The position numbers and the translations under genes are program-made. From positions 4,747,863-4,811,862 of the forward strand of contig CAJINV010000003.1 of the NCBI GenBank assembly GCA_905178155.1: 64,000 nucleotides of DNA, read 5' to 3'. Of this stretch, positions 11,301-22,500 are shown in pieces; position 1 is the stretch's first letter; the number at the start of each line of letters is the position of its first letter. A model generated the notes under the pieces. It had not been told where the DNA came from and did not search any database. It was given only the letters and a program-made list of their open reading frames with translations. Source of the DNA: Amoebophrya sp. A120. Its lineage: Eukaryota; Protista; Dinoflagellata.

Positions 11301-14201
11301 TGTCCCTCCATGCGGTTGCTGTTGGTTGACGCGCTTGTTTGCTACACCTCCGTCTGCGACGACACATCGATCTGGGTTGAGTGGTTTCATTGCTTTTTGC
11401 AGCAAACGCAGAAAATTAACTCCACCTGGAAGGGCGCCTTTCTCGTCAACGCGCTCGCGAGTGCGCGGTTCGCTGCGGCTAGTGTGTCCACTGCCGATCG
11501 CGAAAAAATGTGGCGGCTGCGACGCCGCGCGGAGAACCTTAACAAGGAGCGAACACGGGCTGAGGTCAGCCAGTCCCAGTTTGCCGCCGAAATTGGAACG
11601 GAGCACAGGGACCGGCAGACGGTGCAGAATGCGTACGCGAAGCTTTATCGAGTTTGCTTTGCAGATGGGAGGGCAGAAGAGCGGGCGGCCTACGATCGGC
11701 AGCGACTTTTTCCAGAGCTGGTCGCGCAGTGGCTCCAAGGGGCTGCGGCCATGTGCTTGGCCGAGATAGAAGAGATCGATCTGGAGCTGAAGGACATCGA
11801 GGACCAGATTAGCAAGACATCCTACGACATCCTGCGGAAAGCCCCGCAGGCGGAGTTCTGGGAAGATTTGCGCACCCTGGTCGTCGAGGAAGCCGGGCGA
11901 GTGAGCTACCGGGGTATTCGCAGCAGCGAGCCGGAGCTGGTGGTCACAGGGGAGAATCCGGTCATGACCTTGATCGATACGGACTTGCAGGCAACAGTCA
12001 TGGACTCGGGGGCCCCGGACTTGGCTTCGGATATTGGCAAATTGGTTACAAGGGTGGCGCAGCACTACAAGCAGGCGTTCGGAGCTGGGGCGTTGCGTTG
12101 GCCCTGGTTATTGATTTTGGAGTTCCAAAACGACTGGTATGGCATCGTTTGGAGAATCGAGAAGCCGTCCGGGTTTGTCGCCATTCGCCTGTGCCGCGCC
12201 ACCGAGCGCGAATTCGATCTCCTGGAATTTGATTTCTCGCCCGCATCAGTATCTTCTTCAGTGTTGTGCAGCTATGACCGTCGTCTGGAAGATCCTGCGC
12301 TTTGGACTTTATTCGTGGCCGGCCGTGTAGTAGCGGGCGAAGCGGAGTACGAGCAGATGGAGAGCGCCCTGGCGCAATTCCTCGAGGGCCAGATTACTAG
12401 GACCGAGCTCACGAGCCGTCTTGCGCAGGCGGGGGGCAGCAGACTGGGCGTCCGGCTGGAGGACGTGCAGGAGGTGGACTTGCTCGGTTACTACACGAAG
12501 GAGCAAAAGCGTGAGCTTGGCCTCCTGCCGGGGCGAAAGCGAAGGGGCAAAAGGCGGCAGGCGGGGCGCAAAAGGGTTCGGGCGAACAAAGTGACGATAG
12601 TGCAGGCTCTGGACCTCCAGAATGAACTGAATGTCTGCAGTGCTTTGGCGTACATCCAGGCCCGTCGGCATTACAAACGCCGGGGGCTCTACCAGAGACT
12701 TGCCATGAAGCAGCGAGCCAGGGATGGTCGACGCGCGCGGGAACTTGCGGAGCGGTTTCGCCCGTTGCAGCAAGGCAGCCCAGTAGCTGGTGTGCAAGAT
12801 CAGGCCGGCTCTCCCACGGGGGAGTCTTGCCTTGCCGGCCTGTCGCAGCTGGAGTCGGCCTCTACCGGAGGCGCGCCAGCAAGCCGCACTGGCGCAGAGT
12901 TACCAGGAGCACGCAGCAACAAAGGCTTGGGGCAGGTAGTCCATGATGGCGAAGGCAGTAGAAAGCAGGAGCTTGCCGCGACTTTGTTATCGGCCGATGG
13001 CAAGGGCGCTCCGGTGGTTCTCGACCCTGTAACGGGCCTGCCGACCCTGACCGAGGGCAGCCCCGGTGGCCAAGAGCAAGAAAGCCAGCTGGCCTACCAC
13101 GGGAGGTCCCCAGACCTCCGCGCACCGAGCCCGGTAAGCGATGACTCGGTAAGCAACGTGTGGGACCCAGTGGACATCGAGGGTGGCCTCGTTTCCCCGG
13201 GAAGGCTGCGAGATTGTTTCGAGCCCGAGCGGTTTGACGCCGTCTTGGAGCGTTACGTGAAAACCGGGAAAAGCAGCCAAAACGACCCCGCTTTGAGTAG
13301 TAATGGAAAAGCGCGGCGCCCGGCCCCGGGGAGCGAAGAGAACGGGGCCGGCGGCGGGGCAGCCCGCGAGGCGCAGAGCGGACCTGTTGGCGCAGCGCTA
13401 CCGGCCGGCAACGGGTTGCAAGAACATCGTCGCAGCGGCCCGCGCAGTCGGAAGGAGCGTCGCAGCCCAAACAAGCACCAGTTAGATGATTCCGAGCAGA
13501 GAAGGTTCCGAATTCAGATCCGGCGGGAGCAGAATCTTCAGCAGATGGATGGGGTCGGCATGGGCGACTTCGAAATAGTCCGCATCGGTTCCGCGCGGGA
13601 GTATAAGAAAACGGAGGGGCGGTCGGGCTCGAATCTGCTTATCGCGCGGATCCGCCCGGGGCAGCACGGGGTCGGCGCCGAAGCAATCAAATTCAGCAGA
13701 CTCTTCGACGAGAACGAGATGGTGGCGGCTATGAGCCTGTTCGTGTGCCAGCTGCACGGCCGCCAGAAGCAGCGAAGCTACCAGGCTGACACCCCGGGGT
13801 CATTCGAGGCGGCGCACTCTTACCTGAAGCTCTGGATAGCGCGGACGCGTTTCATGCTCTACCACTACGTGGACGGCGCGGCAATGAACTGCTACCGCGA
13901 CAAATTTGCCGCTGCAAAGGCCGCCGGCGGCTCGTCGGCTTTCAAAGATAACAGAACCGCGGCAACCGAGGTAGCGTTTCGCGCTTGGATTGGGGGCGCG
14001 CTCGAGGCCGCACTCGAAGCCGACCGAAAGACGCAGCAGGAGAAGGATAAGGGGCGGGGCGCGGCGACAAAGAGCTCCCGGCCGGGCGAGCACAGCGGCA
14101 GGCCGGAGGACCGGACGCTGCTGCAGATACAGGAGCTGGAAAAATTGTATGCCCCCGGCCGCTTTGTCGGACTGGTTTCCCCGGTTCCGCTTGAGATTTG
14201 A
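8343..14201 (+). CDS. Very large DDE transposase-like protein (hAT-like), 1952 aa
   Basis: Uninterrupted 5.9-kb ORF. Ordered motifs: EFD347CT, LCSD487SGGS, C521REH524 (CxxH), T764RW, TSIWVE1013WFH, matching the hAT D-D-CxxH-(T)RW-E arrangement. The true start may be the ATG near 8577. Confidence 0.65.
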   Translation: MSSSLLLKEAAERGGEGDTARRGGGRGRQKFYGADGTKTEYGKNRSKGALRSRGRPPCPLLLAKQTGTSGVRAAQLTGMSTRGGTRRSSSGCSWHSEKSGGPRKPSRLARRDVLADSVTPAAGRRRSAGPGHKQRRPRNHIRALISDSDDAARSREETAADDSPFARGEREERLLLGLNPALAKQDGGGAKSFPARSAAASSGNPPGPRAGRAQKIGCRGRTCFSSNPPARRKSRRPWWRRSVSLSSVTSSSSGAATSVAHSSRASRTSIPTSSGEDARVLAATNREKLASQTNKFFSNVYPGTNAEKMHHRRVAAVLPQAYARKLAKEVQTFWRHGATPIVRCEFDCTDFGCLLPSPLKRSRQGRRGRARLRRRKQGGQVVLDTSTKWIVALLSVQGVDNRAEGMTLTPRVAFPLPGHVLPGQPRRRQDEAPVVKLPGHEAGKVVSVLLHDLYPILRALFDLPLAQASAKYGALDVRRLIVDLCSDSGGSTVPCQRLMLRALRQWKSTCDYPVLLLTNFCREHPAQTLQKEATLDVQLRLLPNPAMKKGGASGFAGGQASARGDTSGQATEFLAGPEGAGPETAPGADENMGTEAGAFGAAAKEVEQDIGVPGADGLDDLRIYDILHKRDNGGNALKSSDEIRERAEIHAKQVAKKKKRYFLTYSYAFNRLVNFNRRSFLEAINNSRPVVVAADQAAQERYKFALDRTHSLLRFHRVLAAGDDEPCFAFCCGDVLVLEAGEDEYRAREFLQNVLQTARPVSETRWWTVQDNAKQALGYGCLRGCLQGVRVGDVHVGNGEFTPTDFFVGVSTSASCDYPVLAHALLLVTGAPSCLSCKVYKHAIRENVVFNPSVVASDRWDEMLSKFCAVAEASVKRSCPCEFFCDVWIISAGAHGAARYHEPVRMHAVVGIFKSLAGYFWRFEQQEAAESFLRRFAKKTRLLEPDQRLKHLDKLLRKVDKVEQKHRTKIISLAEMELLRDLKAVACPSMRLLLVDALVCYTSVCDDTSIWVEWFHCFLQQTQKINSTWKGAFLVNALASARFAAASVSTADREKMWRLRRRAENLNKERTRAEVSQSQFAAEIGTEHRDRQTVQNAYAKLYRVCFADGRAEERAAYDRQRLFPELVAQWLQGAAAMCLAEIEEIDLELKDIEDQISKTSYDILRKAPQAEFWEDLRTLVVEEAGRVSYRGIRSSEPELVVTGENPVMTLIDTDLQATVMDSGAPDLASDIGKLVTRVAQHYKQAFGAGALRWPWLLILEFQNDWYGIVWRIEKPSGFVAIRLCRATEREFDLLEFDFSPASVSSSVLCSYDRRLEDPALWTLFVAGRVVAGEAEYEQMESALAQFLEGQITRTELTSRLAQAGGSRLGVRLEDVQEVDLLGYYTKEQKRELGLLPGRKRRGKRRQAGRKRVRANKVTIVQALDLQNELNVCSALAYIQARRHYKRRGLYQRLAMKQRARDGRRARELAERFRPLQQGSPVAGVQDQAGSPTGESCLAGLSQLESASTGGAPASRTGAELPGARSNKGLGQVVHDGEGSRKQELAATLLSADGKGAPVVLDPVTGLPTLTEGSPGGQEQESQLAYHGRSPDLRAPSPVSDDSVSNVWDPVDIEGGLVSPGRLRDCFEPERFDAVLERYVKTGKSSQNDPALSSNGKARRPAPGSEENGAGGGAAREAQSGPVGAALPAGNGLQEHRRSGPRSRKERRSPNKHQLDDSEQRRFRIQIRREQNLQQMDGVGMGDFEIVRIGSAREYKKTEGRSGSNLLIARIRPGQHGVGAEAIKFSRLFDENEMVAAMSLFVCQLHGRQKQRSYQADTPGSFEAAHSYLKLWIARTRFMLYHYVDGAAMNCYRDKFAAAKAAGGSSAFKDNRTAATEVAFRAWIGGALEAALEADRKTQQEKDKGRGAATKSSRPGEHSGRPEDRTLLQIQELEKLYAPGRFVGLVSPVPLEI

Positions 14202-14860
14202 CGCGTTTCGATGCCGACTGTCTCGGGCTAGGTGGCTGCTTCACATCTTCTCTCGCGACCGTCGGTTAGGCGGAGTGGCCGACCTTTTGGCGCTGAAGAC
14301 CTCGCCGCATCCGCGCGTGGGCCGTGGCAGTGGATATTCTCTGCTTGCATGGGGGCGCGCGAGGCCGCTGTGGCGGCGGTTTTCGTAGGTAATAGCTAGC
14401 CCCTTTCTATTGCCCTGTTTAGCACTTGTTTTTAACTTAGGGCTAGGCTCGCGCACGCGTGCGTTCATCAGACAAACCCGCGAAAAAGTCGCGGCTTCAT
14501 TTCGTGGTGCAAATGCAAGGCCCCACGAGCTTGTCCCGTGTTGTTCTGGACGAATTTGCCTTTCCAGAAAGAAAAGAGCCGCAAAAAAATGAAAAATATC
14601 AGGCGAAGCAGGAACCTTCGGCGCACGCTTGGGAAAGGCAGGGCAACAGGTTTCCGGCTGCTTGCCTAGTTCAACGCCTAACCGCCAGACAGGCAGAGCA
14701 GCAGCAGCGACTTTGGCAGCGGCGCAGCGGTTGCGTGCCTGTTTTCGATTGCCAGAAAACGAGGATAGCGTGCGGAATAGCCGCGGATTGAAGCTTTTGC
14801 CAGATCTTGGCCAAAGTAGAGGATACCGTGCGGGAAAGCGGCGGCTAAAGCTCGTCCCAG

Positions 14861-15086
14861 AACTTGGTCAAAAACTTGCAAAAAACCTGTTTCAGAACTT
14901 GCTCAGTCCGTGACGGTAGAGCCGCAAAAGTTTCGCCCAGACTTCGCGAATCCGCATGCTACGGCCAATACAAACCTCCGCACATTTTGCCGCAATTCCG
15001 GGGAAATTGCAGTGACTGTGCAAGTTCCGCGTCAACTTCTTGGACAAGTTTTTTCCCGAGCTTTCTGCCAAGTCTTGGACCTAGTT
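14861..15086. repeat. Two oppositely oriented ~12-bp-period arrays (AACTTG-like 14861-14901; CAAGTT-like 15021-15086)
   Basis: CAAGTT/CAACTT/CAAGTT/CGAGCT/CAAGTC/CTAGTT at 15021, 15033, 15045, 15057, 15069, 15081; reverse-complement units at 14861, 14873, 14884, 14896. Confidence 0.7.
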
Positions 15087-15730
15087 TGAGTTCCGGCGGA
15101 CAGCGGCCCCCCGGAACCCTACCCGCGAATGTTACTCCTGCCGGGCCGAGCCCAGGTAGCTTCAGGCGGAATTTGGTGGTCTTTTTCCGTGCAAAGAAAT
15201 TCGAGTTGTGTTGCCGGGTGGCGGGCCGGCGCGTCGCCGTTTCGGTTTCCCGGGGGCGCCGTGCGCGAAGATGCCCTGGAGTAGCATCTATCACATGGAG
15301 GCCGCCACGACCAAACCGATTGACGCAGGACGCAGCACTCTTAGGGCCGTGGCGACCTCGCGTCGCAAGAGGCATGCCACGAGAATACGGAGGTGCGTAG
15401 CTCTGCCGCCCTCCCGAGCAAGGCAACGGGCGTAAGGAAGCACGGGCGAGTGTGGTGGTGCCCGCGTTCCAAGGGCCTGCCCTCGGTTGGCTGCAAAGTG
15501 GGCTAAGTTTTGATAGTGCGGCCTGCTGTCTGATGTAGCGGGCGCAGACGAAGACAAGACCACAGAATCTAAATCGCGAAACAAGTGCAACAGCTGCGCG
15601 ACTCTGGCGTAGCCTCCGCCGGGTGTGGTCAGTGGTCCTCTGGCCGGCCGATAGATCAAGACTGATATAGGAACTCAAGAGAACAACCTCGGCACGTAGC
15701 TAAGTAACAGTAAGCAAGTAGAAAGAAACA

Positions 15731-15760
15731 GGTCGAGTAACGGCCGTTACACGAGCGCAC
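15731..15760 (+). repeat. Palindrome family copy 3 (core AGTAAC-GGCC-GTTACA)
   Basis: Inverted partner of 6946-6975. Confidence 0.9.
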
Positions 15761-16599
15761 GGGGTTGCGTGTCTGAAGGACGAAAGTGTCTGTTCGGACG
15801 ATCTGTTTTTTTGTGCCGCAGCGCAGAGCTGCATCGCGATAATTGAAGCTGAAGGCCGCCGCTGATAAACACGAGAATTAGAGAACAGAAGCAAGAAGGC
15901 GCTTCATGTGGTTTCTTCGGTTTCCGGTTGTGTTTCTTCTTGTTGTCGTTCCACATTTTTTTCTCTCCAGAAGGAAGAACGAATGGCGAGCCCGTCGAGG
16001 TGAGGTGCTTTTTTTTTGTGACGTGCCGTGCGCGAGCACACCAGCCACAGCTACAGAAGTGCGCCGCTGCTCCCCGCTCTGGATTTCTATGCCACGCTTG
16101 AAGCGATAAGTATCGACAAAACAGAGTCCAGGGCGAAAGCTCCTCCGGTATAACTTCGCGATAGGCGCGGCCAGCTCGTTTTTTTTTTCTTCTTGTCGCT
16201 CCTAGATCCGTAGTTCGTTGTGCAGATTTTTTTAGTGTGTTTCCTGATTTACATACAGATCAAGATCATCTCTAGTGCATAGCCCTTTCGACTATCTCTA
16301 ACTATATTTCTTTAGTGCAGATCTACAAGATGAGATGCGCAATCTCGGTCAATCACTGCGACACAGCAAGACGCTTGGAGTTTTAATATGGTGCGCATAA
16401 TGAAAGAATTGCGACTGACTTCTAGAATTGCGATTTACTTCTAGACTCTAGAAACACTGATAGACATACACGGACGGCCTTTTTGTCATTTTGAGCCAAG
16501 CAGTAGCAGTTCGGTGGCTGCGCCCGGCGATAGTAGCTGCTCGCCCCGGTACCAGTCCAAGGTGGTCAGCTCGCCCGCTCACTCACCGGCACTACAAGA

Positions 16600-19500
16600 A
16601 TGGGCGGCGGCAACAAGATGGGGAAGAAAAACGCGGTGAAGAAAGGCGTGGGGGTGAGCGCGAAGATGCAGAAAGCGCGTCGCAGGAGCTATAGCAACTC
16701 GGACGAATCTGACAGCGACGATGTTCTGCGTAACTCCCCGAAGCGGCGGGGCCGCAACGGGAAGAAGAAGAAAACCTGGGGCAAGAAGCTGGAGAAACGT
16801 ACCATCATAGTCCGCCTTGCTCCTTTAAAAAAATAGACGTTCGCGCTTCGCTATTCTAGACGTCGTTCGTCATGTGCATGCTGATACTTTCGTGCGAGCC
16901 TTGTGCTCTATTGCCACGACGAGCATACACATCGATGGTGTAGATTCTAATTTTTTCGCGCCTTAGACCGAAGAGCTTGCTGCTTCACACAAAAAACTTC
17001 AGTTTACGCCGCCTGCGGTTTCTCGCCGTCCCCGCGGAAAAACAAGGAGTACTACACCACGCGCATGACGAAGTTGAAAAAATTGGTCTTCGATGAAGGC
17101 GAGGACGTCTGTGATGTGGTGCGGGAAGGTGTCCCTCATGACAACCCCGCTGTCCATGATCTGCAGGTCGGAGTTGTGGAAACTGACGCGGATGTCGCGC
17201 TCTTGAATTCGTACCACCAAGCCCCTGACTTTTTGAAGGCCTTCTTGGATGATGCCGCGGGCAGTCCGGGAGCAGCAGTGCTGGGTGATGGAAACAAGAT
17301 GGAAAAAACGCAGGTACATTGGGCTACGCTTTTTCTCTCATGCAAAAAATTTAGGACTTCCTATCTTTGCTTTTGCATGCCTTTAGCGTTGGGCATTGTG
17401 TGGTCTAGATTCTCGGACCAGCCAGATTCTGCGATCTAGGGGCGAGATAGTGGCTCGGCTTCAGAACCCATGAAAAACCACCAAGCCAGGTGCTCACCTG
17501 GTGCTTGCAAATTGAAACTAATACGCAGGTGCGTGGCGAGATCCTGATTTCTCGCTCGGCAGAATATGCGAAGATTTTGGGTCGCCTTCGGGAGATAATT
17601 ATCCGCGTGAACCCGGAGTTGGAAGAAGAGGAACCGATTGCATTTTACCAGAGGTGGGGAAGCATCGACATCCGCACCGAAGCGGGGAAGGAAAAGCAGA
17701 ACAAAGTAATCGGAAAGTGGGTCGGGCGGGCGATCGCTATCTACCTGCGTGGAAAAAGTTGGGACGACGTTCCCCTGGCGCTCGCGTCGCTCCGCGACCT
17801 CTGCAGGTTCAATGACGAGGCCTGGCAGCTTTACTACCTCACCGCCGTGGGTAACATTAGCGCCCGAAAAGCGGTGTCGGAGGTGTACAGCAAGGAGTTT
17901 GTCGACCAGTTCAGACCGAGCAGGCACATCAGCAAGCACGCTACAGATGGGGCGGATTCCCTGCCGAACATCGCCTGGGCCCTCTATGACGGTGTGCGCA
18001 AATTGGTACAGAAGTTTTCATATAGAATTATCGCCCCCTTTTCTACTGTTTCCTCCTTCGTATGTTTTCATTCTATTCGGCCTCTGCGCCACCTCGCTAG
18101 CGAAGATGCGTCATGGAGTACGTAGCACTGCGCATGCAAAAAAGCTTGCGCTTGAGTGCGGACGCGATCGAATCGATTTGCAAACTCAATCGAACAGCTG
18201 CAGGCGTCGGTGGCGAAAGAAAAAGAGACCGAGCGTCTGAAAGCTGTTGTCGAATCGTGGAAGAACGACACCACAACCCCCGAGCACTTCCGTAGCATGA
18301 CCCTCCGTGAGCTGTTGCGGGCAATGTTCCTGTTCTGGAGAGGGAAGGAGGACTCTCTGCTGCGGCACCTTCTCGACAAGCAGTTAGATTTTACCGGTGT
18401 AGTGGCTTTCACGCCAAAGCATTACTATGGTGTTTTGGAGAAATTGAAGAAGTTCGCCCTGCCAAACAAGGTGGTTACCTGCCCGCTGACCCTGCTCCTG
18501 TACTGTTACGGCCCGGGCATGGAGAACTTTAAGGAGAAGAGCGGAGCAAACATAGAAAATGAATCAGAAATCCCGAAACTCGTGTGCGAGGAGTTTCGGC
18601 ACTACCTGGACCGCGTGCTTGCCTGTCTGCGTCAAATCGTCGAAGCTTTTGCGAAGGCTGCGAAGGATGGGGCCAGTGGTTTGGCGGAGTATAGTCTTGG
18701 TAGTTTCGATTTTTTCCGAAGTAGTGTGGGTCCTTAGCTTTGGTTGATATAGATGGTAGAAAGTAAGGATGCACACTATCAAAGCCTGCTGAGGGATCTG
18801 CGGGCCTTCTAGCCCCCGCGGCGATTTTCGATGAGCGGCGGCAGGCTCAGACGTTGTTTGGGATTCCCGTCCTAGATGGCGCCAGCGCCAACCCCTTCCG
18901 CAATGAAATGATCTGCGACGAGCGACGCCACCAAGCAGAGCCTCGCCCTGTAACGCCCGTTACACGAGCGGACTGCGATTCGGAATTGCCGGTGGGACGT
19001 GTCACGCACATGGTGAAAGGCCCGTCTGCGAGCGCAATTCTTTTCAAAATGTATTACAGGATGAAGGACGAGTTGCGATTTCTGTCGGACTTCCAAGTGG
19101 CGGCGGCCAACGTCCGGCGCTTACCGGTCCCAGACCCTGAGTCCAAGCAGACCATTCTCTGGATCAAACAGATGAAAGTGCTGGAGTTCGTAATTCAGAA
19201 CGCGCTCTTCTATTGCGAGGAGGACCGGCAGCCCGAGTGCTCGACGAAGGTGAAGGAGTCTGCTCACCGTTGCCGCCTGTTGCTGCCCGCAATGGAGTGG
19301 CATTTGGACACCGATGATTTTTGGCTTTTGAAGCCCCTCGTGGATGTCCAGGTATTTTCTACACGTGCACCCAGTTGCTTCAGCCGTTGGGCTTTTGTTG
19401 CGCAGCTTCTGTCTGCGCTTGTTCCTTCTGTTTGCGTGTCGCTTGGAAAAGGGCGTCGCGTTTTGGTATTGCGCACTCTTTATGTAGAGCGACGCTCGGT

Positions 19501-22500
19501 TTGCATCTCGCATGTAATGGGCAAGATTTTACTCTTCCATCAAGCACCTGCTCGCGTAGCGACCGTTACGCGGGCGGGTTCTTACTGAATATTTTTCCTT
19601 TTGTCTGATAACAGGTAGAACTGACCAACGCGTACTGGGAAAGAAACTGCCTCGCGGAGTACGAGACGCTGCTGAAGGCGATAGCGAAGGCGCCATCGGA
19701 GTCGGAGGCGGAAAAGTGCATCAAGGGCAGCCTCGCGACCAAGCTCCACTCCTACCACACCCTCGCGACAAAAAAACTCGGCCACGCAAACAAAATGGTG
19801 AAACTGCGCCCGAGCAACAAGAATTACGCTTCGGCCGTGAGTGTCCGTCTGTGTCTGCAGTGTATTAGATCGGCGGGCATTGGGGAAGGGGATCACATCT
19901 CGAGGATGGGCGGCAGGCGCCTGCTCGTGCTCGGTGGGCAAAGGCATCCGGCTTCTAGGGCTTCTCTGCTGGCGGGGCCGGGAATTAAACTTTCGCCGCT
20001 TCAGCTTTTCGTTCGAAAGTTGTAAAAGTTTCCGCTCCCCCCACTCGCGGGACTGAGAAAGAACAGGCACTTTTGCCCATGCCCTCGAGTAACCGCGGTT
20101 ACACGACGGAGCTACGCTCGCAGCCTGTCCTTACTCCTACGGCGCCACGTCAAGAAGGCGCCAGCGGGAGGTCGACGCATAGCCTCGAGCCCTTAGCAAG
20201 GCCAAGGGCCCAGATCAGCTTCAAGGGCGCGACGTGCTTGCAGATCCTGCCACGCAGTGCCCAACAGAGGCAGACTCGGCTTTCCAGGGTCATTAGGGTA
20301 GGAGGGGCCGGGATGCTCGTGGTAGTTCGGATGTTTGCCTACCCCACTGGCGCAAGAAATTCAAATTGGCGTCCTGTTTGTTAGCCACAGCCCAAGACAG
20401 CATGCGCATGGCGCTAAGAATTAGTGTAGCCCGATCTCTTTCACCCTGAGCACAGACGGCACCTCTGAAAGTTCATGCGATGGATGGTAGCAACAAATCC
20501 CAGCACCCTAGTCCGCGCGTCAGTCTCCATGTGCCCCAGCCCAAAGATCTCTGCTGGAAGCCCAAAAGCCTCGCCGACATTATCGGCAGTGCGAATCTGG
20601 AAAACATCATCGGCAGTGGCGGCATTGATGCCGGGGTCGGCAGCAGTGGTGTGGACGGCAAGACCGGTAGTGGTGTGGACCAGGGCAGCAGCAACGTCAA
20701 CTCCGACAAGGCCGGTAGTGGTGTGGACGGCGCTCCCAGTGGCGCGGGCGAGAAGGGCGTGACCGCCGGCAAAGAAGAGAAACACAAAAAGGACAAGAAG
20801 AAGGACAAGAAAACGGACAAGCAAACGGACAAGCAAACGGACAAGAAAAAGGACAAGAAAGCGAAAAAGAAAAAGAACAAGAACAAGAGCGGTGGTAGCG
20901 CAGAGCAGTCGCGCGAGAACCCGGGCGTCGACCAGGGTCAGAGCATGGGCGAGGAGGAAAGCTTGCACCAGAAAAACGACCTGAACTTTTATAACCAGAA
21001 GACGAGCAGCAGCAGCAACTTCCTCGACAAAGATCGATCGCTACCCGCCGGCGCGCCGCCCCGTAGCAGCAACGACGCCGCGTCGCGGGGGCAGGAACAG
21101 ATCGAGAAGCCAGTGCTTCACGGTATTTATTATTTACGTGTTGGCGCTGCTACTTGCTACCTGGCTCGTCATCTAGTGTATGCGTTAGAGGATATTAGCT
21201 GTGACAAATCTGCAACGGAGTGTTTTCACAGTAACAATCACGTGGCGGCATTTTCTAGCCGCCCGATTCGTGTCGATCGAAGATAGAGATGCAACCGTCG
21301 CAGGCCTGAAAAGTTGACGCGCTGCGCCGGGAGTCTTTATCTTCTGGCGCGCGTTGCCCCCGGCCTGTTTGCTTCGCGCGCTCCTCCGAAAGCGACCTGC
21401 GGCCACGCGGCGAGCAGGCCCGGGCAGGCCGCGCGTTGCGCTGTTCCATCCTTCTCTAGCGGCACATCCGTGCGGCTTGCGATAAGGTGGTGGTGAGGTT
21501 GCGCCAGAGCATTCGGTGGTGGGGCGCGTTTTCTTGCCGTCGTTTTTTGGTCTGGCCGGCCACTTCCGGGGGCGCACGCCCATCTTTTATTGGTGCCGCC
21601 CCAGACGCCCGCCTCCGCTAGCCAGTGCCGCGCCACGCTTCGGATCGCGCGGAAACACAGCCAGCAGTCGGGCAAGCCAGAGGCCCTCGAGAGGGAGGCC
21701 AATTTAAAGCACGGCGCACCGCCGAGGGGCTGGTTTGGGGGCGCACAGGTTGCCAAACCCTTCAAACCAGCACATCGGCGCGCGGGCGGCCTTTTTTTCT
21801 TGTTTGACTTTTGAAAAGCATTACTGTTTTCAAAAATCTCAAGAAAGGAATTGTTTGACTTAAAATTTTTTTTTCCGAAGTTGAAAAAAAAAAAACTGTT
21901 TTTCAAAAATCGACCGCGCCCATTTTGGCGGAAGGCCTAGCACGCACACGCTAAAAAAATTAAAAAGGTATTTTGAAGCCGACGCCACCGCCGACGCCGC
22001 ACGTTGCCAGGAGGGGAAAGGATGCAGTCGTGGATTGCGAGGAAAGCATCGTCGAGGAGGACAACATGCGGGAGTTGGCCATCTTGGCCACGACGCGCGA
22101 CGACGACGCCAACTTCCTCGACAGTTGCCGCCCCGGCAAACCGCCATTCTCCCGGTGGTGCCCGACCCACGCGTTCAAAAGTGTCGCGCAGGGGTTGGTG
22201 GTGCAGGCCTACCGCAGCGCGTTGGGCTTGACGAAAACTCCCAGCTATGCGTACATTAGTGCGTTCGACAGGGAAGGAACCGTCGACCTCCACGATTTTA
22301 AACCTTTCGCGTGTTGGAAGGTTGCGCAGCTGAGCAGCCTTGTAGCAGCGGAACAGAAGAAGGGGAAGAGCAGCGGAGCGGGCTCGTCGTCTAACTTCGT
22401 GGCCGAATTGAATGCCATCGGTTTGGACGGGAACGACTTGCAGTTTGTCGAGTTCCCCACCAATGCCATCGAGGGAACAGGAACGAAGCAGTACAAGAAA

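Noticed and set aside
8343-14201. This transposase as the mobiliser of the four introners
   Set aside because: hAT-type enzymes make 8-bp TSDs whereas the introners have 5-bp TSDs, and no introner TIR sequence was seen around this ORF.
16150-16158. ATAACTTCG, start of a loxP arm
   Set aside because: Only 9 bp and no second arm; consistent with chance.
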